Shown one piece after another: positions 58,914-64,000 of a DNA stretch of 64,000 nucleotides. Every line of letters begins with the position of its first letter. Within the stretch, counting starts at the first letter, position 1. Made by a program: the position numbers and the translations under genes. The stretch lies in assembly GCF_009914755.1 (NCBI RefSeq), contig NC_060933.1; one strand, 5' to 3'. Below the pieces are notes generated by a model. That model saw only the letters and a list, made by a program, of their open reading frames with translations, made no database searches and was not told the origin of the DNA. This DNA is from the human T2T-CHM13v2.0 reference genome, Homo sapiens.

Positions 58914-59629
58914 TGCTACGTACTGAATTGTGTCCCCCCAACCCTGCCCCGCCCACCCAATTTGTATATAGAAACCTGTATTAGTCCGTTTTCATACTGC
59001 TGATAAAGACATACCAGAGACTGAGTAATTTACAAAAGAAAGAGGTTTAACTGAACCTACAGTTCCATGTGGTTGGGAAGCCTCACAATCATGGTGGAAG
59101 GCAAGAAAGAGCAAGTCACGTCTTACATGGATGGCAGCAGGCAAAGAGAGAGAGCTTATGCAGGAAAACCCCCATATAATAACCATCAGATATTGTGAGA
59201 CTTACTGTCACGAGAAAAGCCAGGAAAGACGTGCCCCCATGATTCAGTTACCTCCCACAACACATGGGAATTCAAGATGAGATTTGGCTGGGGACACAGC
59301 TAAACCATATCAAAACCCTAACCCCCAATGTGATAATATTTTGATATAGGCTCTTTGGGAGGTACTTCAGATTAGAAGAGGTCATGAGAGTCCTCTTGAT
59401 GGGATTAATGGCTTTATATGCAAAGAGAGAAAAAGAGAACACTCACTCTTTCTCCACCACATAAGGACACAGTGAGAAGGTGGCTTTCTGTAAGCTAGGA
59501 AGGGATCTCTTGTCAGGAATCAAATCAGCTAGCACTTTGATTTTGGACTTCCCAGCCTCCTGAAATAAATGTTCATTGCTTAAGCAACCCAGTCTGTGGT
59601 ATTTTGTTATAGTCTGAGCTGACTGAGCA
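58914..59629 (+). mobile_element. MLT1A-like solo LTR split by THE1
   Basis: tactgaattgtgtcccc...gaaacc|ctaacccccaatgtg...gaggtcatgag...cacagtgagaagg...agtctgtggtattttgttatag. Confidence 0.82.
58977..59312 (-). mobile_element. THE1 (THE1B-like) solo LTR
   Basis: tgtattagtccgttttcatactgctgataaagacatacc...ggggacacagctaaaccatatca; perfect 5-bp TSD AAACC at 58972-58976 and 59313-59317. Confidence 0.92.
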
Positions 59630-60439
59630 TCTCAACTTCCAGTGAAAGTGTCTAATTAATATAAGCAGTGCTGATTTATGTATGATGAGGATGACAAATA
59701 AATGGAAAGATCTGTCTGGAGTAGACATGTAGAAGCTTTTTAAGTTGTAACTACCTAAACAATGTTAGATGTTCTTTTGTGGTTAGAAGTACGCAGCTCA
59801 TTTTAAAGTAGGCCAGAAAAACTGGGAGATTCTTACTACTTCAGAAACAATGTCTTACCTTTTCTTTTCCATAACCCTCTCCCTTCCCTTTTCTACCCCC
59901 ACCTTTTTCTGGCTCCGTCTGTCTCTTTTCCATATACTCTCAGCATGACTTCCCAAAGGTACAGATTAAATGGCTAGGGTTATTTGAAAAAGCGTCTGAA
60001 GTTCTCCTCCCAGCCAGAAGGAATTGTACTATAAAGTAGAATAATTTGAAAGGGAGGAGTTTGTCTTTTTCATGAACAGTAAAAAGCTTTCAATTCTTTC
60101 AATAACTGAAAAGGCTTATACTTCTGTTAAGAGTCTCTAAGAACCCGTGATAAAGTTCATATTGTAGTTGTAGTTTATTCCATGAACTGGGAGAATGCAA
60201 ACTTCTTTTGAGAAGATTCTGGCTCTTTCTGACATACTTCCTCTGTATGGAGCATACTGAAGGCTGATGTATGAGTGCTGCAAATTAAGGTGTTATGTTT
60301 ATAATTAAATACAGAGGAAGATATCATAGCACAGACATAGCCTTCATGCTTCTGAGAACTTCTCAGAATTTCAATTAGCAGTAATTGAGCTTGTTTAGTG
60401 TTTATGGCCCAGCGTAGTGATGTGAGAATTTAGAACCGT

Positions 60440-60600
60440 ATTCACTCACCAGCTGTGTGTCCTTAGGCAAGTTATTTAACCTCGTGAACCTCAGATTCCT
60501 CTCAGGGAAGAGGGAGATAATGATACCTTCTCTACTGAGCTCTTGTAAGCATTACGTGACAGAGTATTTAGCACACAGCCAAATGGCACACAGTAGTTAC
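60440..60600 (+). mobile_element. MIR fragment
   Basis: ctcaccagctgtgtgtccttaggcaagttatttaacctcgtgaacctcagattcctc. Confidence 0.7.
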
Positions 60601-61618
60601 TGTCTCGGATGGAGTAGTTTGATGATGAGGCACCAAATCCCACTCCAAATTACTGGAAGGAAAGAGGGATAATTCATGGAACCTGAGGGCAGGAGTGCAG
60701 CCCAGCCTTTAGAGGAAGCAAGGGGTCTTTTTCTTGTAATGCACCCTCCTCTCCTCTGTTCCTGGGGGTGTCTGCTCTCTGATCTCTGGGCCTTTCTGTG
60801 CCTCTGCTTCCTTCCCTTCCTTCTACTGACTGGTGCTCTCAGCCTAATTTCCACATGACCCAGGCATGGTCACTTTAGGTTCTTAAACCGACTCACTTAA
60901 TTTTCCAGTTTAAGAACCTAAAAGAGTCTTCACGATTCATTTCCCTGCACTCTTCTGTGTCCAGAGAGAAAGGGGTCTATGGGATTCTACTTGTTCAGCA
61001 GACACAATGGGAGACCAAGGGGGACATGGGTAGATTCTGCAAGAAGGTGATGCAGGGGTGAGGTCAAAATAATGGGCATCTCCAGAAAAGTCACTCAAAT
61101 ATTAACATCCATTCTCTCTTAAAGGTCACTTCCTACAAATAAATCCCACTGAAACATGTTCGTTCTTACCCTGGATTTCTTGTGCAGCACTTAACTATGG
61201 ACTTGTGTTTGCTTCTTGAAGCTCCTATTCTAGCTTTCATAAAAATACATGATCCTGGTTATCCTCCTACTTTTTTGATAGGTTCTTCTCCAGATCTTTT
61301 CAGAACCCCCTTCCCCTTTCCTCTTAAATACTGAACATTTTTTAAGGTTATACCCTCCTGCTTAATCTTTTTCCCCAGTTCTCTATCCCTTGATGAAATT
61401 CAGCCACAGAGAACTGGAAACATAATAGTTGACAAGTACATGGGAGTGCTCTTCATTTCTCTTTTTTCCTGTATCTTTAATTTTCTAGCAATATCTGTTT
61501 TTCTTTTTTTAAAAAAACATATTTTACTATTTTAACTTATTTCTCATACTCTCTTCTTAGGTAATATGCAGTATTTCCCATATTTTGTACAGTTTATATT
61601 GTGGATTTTGTGATCAGT

Positions 61619-61621
61619 TGT

Positions 61622-61656
<35 letters not shown>
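61619..61656. repeat. (TG)14(AG)5 compound microsatellite
   Basis: Direct count. Confidence 0.95.
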
Positions 61657-61657
<1 letters not shown>

Positions 61658-61946
61658 ATCTCTGAAGCATATGTGGAATATCTAGGCAAGTGGCTAGTAG
61701 GTTCTTAGCACCTTTTTAAGGGATCCTCAGTTCTCCTCCCAAAGTCTCACAGGCATTTGTTCCTGGATAAACATTTGTGTTTCATACTGTTTGAGAAATC
61801 ACTTTCACTGCTGCCAGATAATTGTGTAAGGAGTTAAATAATCTGCTCAATGGGATGGATGTGATTGCCTGCAATGAGAATAAATCTATAATAATGCATT
61901 TATTTGTGTTTGTTCATCCCAAGGTAGGGAGGCAAGAGCTAAATAA

Positions 61947-61950
<4 letters not shown>

Positions 61951-61998
<48 letters not shown>
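61951..61998. repeat. (TG)24 microsatellite
   Basis: Direct count. Confidence 0.95.
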
Positions 61999-62000
<2 letters not shown>

Positions 62001-62242
62001 GGCATTTGGAAATCAGCACTACTGTATCAATTTTACCTCCAACTGCTAGATAAGAAATTTAAGTAGATAAAACAGAAACTCTGCTAAAAACCATCTTCCC
62101 ACCAGAACCATTGAGGCAGCATAAATAGCCCTTTCCACTCCTCTGCAGAGTAGAGACCAGGAGCATCTGTAGTCCTCTGTATCAGAATAGACTACAGTAT
62201 AGTTTCACATCAAGCAAAACTGGTCAGTATTTCTTTGAAACA

Positions 62243-62420
62243 TAGAGCCCAGGTGGGCAACAAGATAAGAAAGAAGGTAAAGCCACTGAAGCCATGGACC
62301 CTGGACCAAATGTGAGGTCTGACAGATAATCTAGAGCCCAGGTGGGCAACAAGATAAGAAAGAAGGTAAAGCCACTGAAGCCATGGACCCTGGACCAAAT
62401 GTGAGGTCTGACAGATAATC
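62243..62420 (+). repeat. Perfect 89-bp tandem duplication
   Basis: 62243-62331 and 62332-62420 are identical; flanked by tagagccc/tggagccc. Confidence 0.97.
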
Positions 62421-62529
62421 TGGAGCCCTAAGACCTGCTGTGGTCAATGAGAAAGCATAGACTTCCAGGCCTCAGAAAGCATACCACAGTGGATGCATAT
62501 AGCTTCATGCCTAATTAGAGAGGACTTAA

Positions 62530-63330
62530 AAGATGATGCTAACTTTGTGCCGGTAATAGTGTCACTGTGGTTAGGTATGGGGTTAGGTATGTAATTAAGC
62601 ACAGTCTTTCTGGAAAGCATTTGACCATGTATATATATGAGTGTGTGTGTACATATATATGTGTGTGTGTACATATATATGTCATAATTATTAAATAAGT
62701 GTATTATCTTTGATCCTACTTCTAGAAATCTTTCCTGAGGAAATAACTAGAGAGCTAGAGTAAGATTTCTCTGTGTGATATGCGTCATGGGGTTATTTTA
62801 AATACATTAGTAAATAAATTGTCCAATAAATCTTATATTCATTTAATGGACTATCAGGCAATGTTGAGAATCATGGTTTTATAGAATATTTATCAACATT
62901 ACAAAGTTCTCATGATTTGATATTTGATGAAAAGGATAGGATACAAAATCTGCTCTATAAATTTTCCAGTCACAGATTTTCATGGATAGAAACTAAGTCT
63001 CACAACAGAGCAGAAATGGGTCAATTCTTCTCAACAAAAACAGATATTGTGCTAAGTTTAAAGTCACTATGGACTTTTGCACAAATGGATCTACATTTCA
63101 GAACCCAGTCTATTGGTAATTTGAAGTATTTCTATATAAAAGTTTTGATGTATTTCTATATTTATACATAATATAAATATCTATGTTGGTACATATATGA
63201 GAGAAAAGGCATCAAACATATCTACCAGTGGTAGAATTATGAATAATTTTTATTTTCTTCATATTTTTATAAATTTCTAAATTTCCTACAATGAACATTT
63301 ATAATTTTATGTTTAGAAGAAAATAAACTC
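62530..63330 (+). mobile_element. Highly degraded L1ME-type 3' fragments
   Basis: ctttctggaaagcatttgac, acttctagaaatctttcctgaggaaata, ttattttcttcatatt...tacaatgaacatttataattttatg. Confidence 0.55.
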
Positions 63331-63639
63331 TATAAAGACAGCAGAGGAACATTTCACTGTGTACAAAGAGGCACACAGGAAGGGAGGCTCCATAATTATG
63401 TGGCAAATGGAAATAACCTTACTTGAGTAATAATGCAGTACACCAAGTGAAAAGGTTTTTTTTTGGACCAATCATACAAATTCCTTTTCTTCCTAAGGTT
63501 CAAGTGCGAGATACATTTGCAGGTATGAACACACTGATCCTTTAGTCAGATTACTTCCTTCCATTCAGTTGCTGCCTTATACTTTAATCTGTAAGTCAGC
63601 AGCAGTATCATCACTGTTAACAGGGACAGTCCTTCATCT

Positions 63640-63820
63640 GGGTTTTGAGTTTCTCATTTGTCCTGGTAGCTAGGCTTTGTGCAAAATACATTATTTGGAT
63701 TATCTCATAATTTCCAAAAATGACCTATTGTTACACTACCTTACAGACAAGGAAATTAAGACCTAGAGAGATTAAGTGACTTTCCCAAATTAGGCAGCAA
63801 TGGAATGGCAGATTCTTCAA
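63640..63820 (-). mobile_element. MIR fragment
   Basis: ttacagacaaggaaattaagacctagagagattaagtgactttcccaa. Confidence 0.65.
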
Positions 63821-64000
63821 CTTTCCAACTTTTGGTATACTAGAAAATACTGACAATTTAGGAAGAAACAAGTTGTACTGTAATATGTAGAATAACTGAC
63901 CACCCAAAGATGATAATTCAGTATTTATTTATTATTTATTTCTGATCTTCCCATGAGAGGCAGAGGTAATTCAGTACTTATTTAAAAGATAGAAAAAATG

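Noticed and set aside
62243-62428. CRISPR-like or other prokaryotic system
   Set aside because: The sequence is primate DNA. The repeats are contiguous with no spacers, and there are no cas or operon-like genes.

Overview
Human/primate genomic DNA, AT-rich and about half interspersed repeats (L1, Alu, L2, MIR, MaLR LTRs, hAT MERs). The only supported host coding sequence is a phase-0 terminal exon at 49747-49974 (+), IGSRDHSNL...[11 protein letters not shown] recognise it from memory as the C-terminus of CCDC171 (9p22). Positions 1-49746 would therefore be its long last intron, followed by a 3' UTR with proximal and distal poly(A) signals and downstream flank. Almost all other listed ORFs are decayed L1 ORF1/ORF2 fragments or chance ORFs, and I see no new protein-coding system. 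The most interesting structure is at 22.9-29.5 kb: two independently inserted, 5'-inverted (twin-primed) L1PA2/3-age elements. They share at least 13 non-consensus variants and differ by ~1% only where they lie in direct orientation, versus ~5.5% where they are inverted, which points to interlocus gene conversion. Also present: two short L1 3' transductions, a third older twin-primed L1, a ~46-bp locally templated insertion, a 75-bp duplication flanking an old L1, a perfect 89-bp tandem duplication, candidate cryptic exons and two enhancer-like motif clusters. Repeat subfamily names come from remembered consensus sequences and are approximate.
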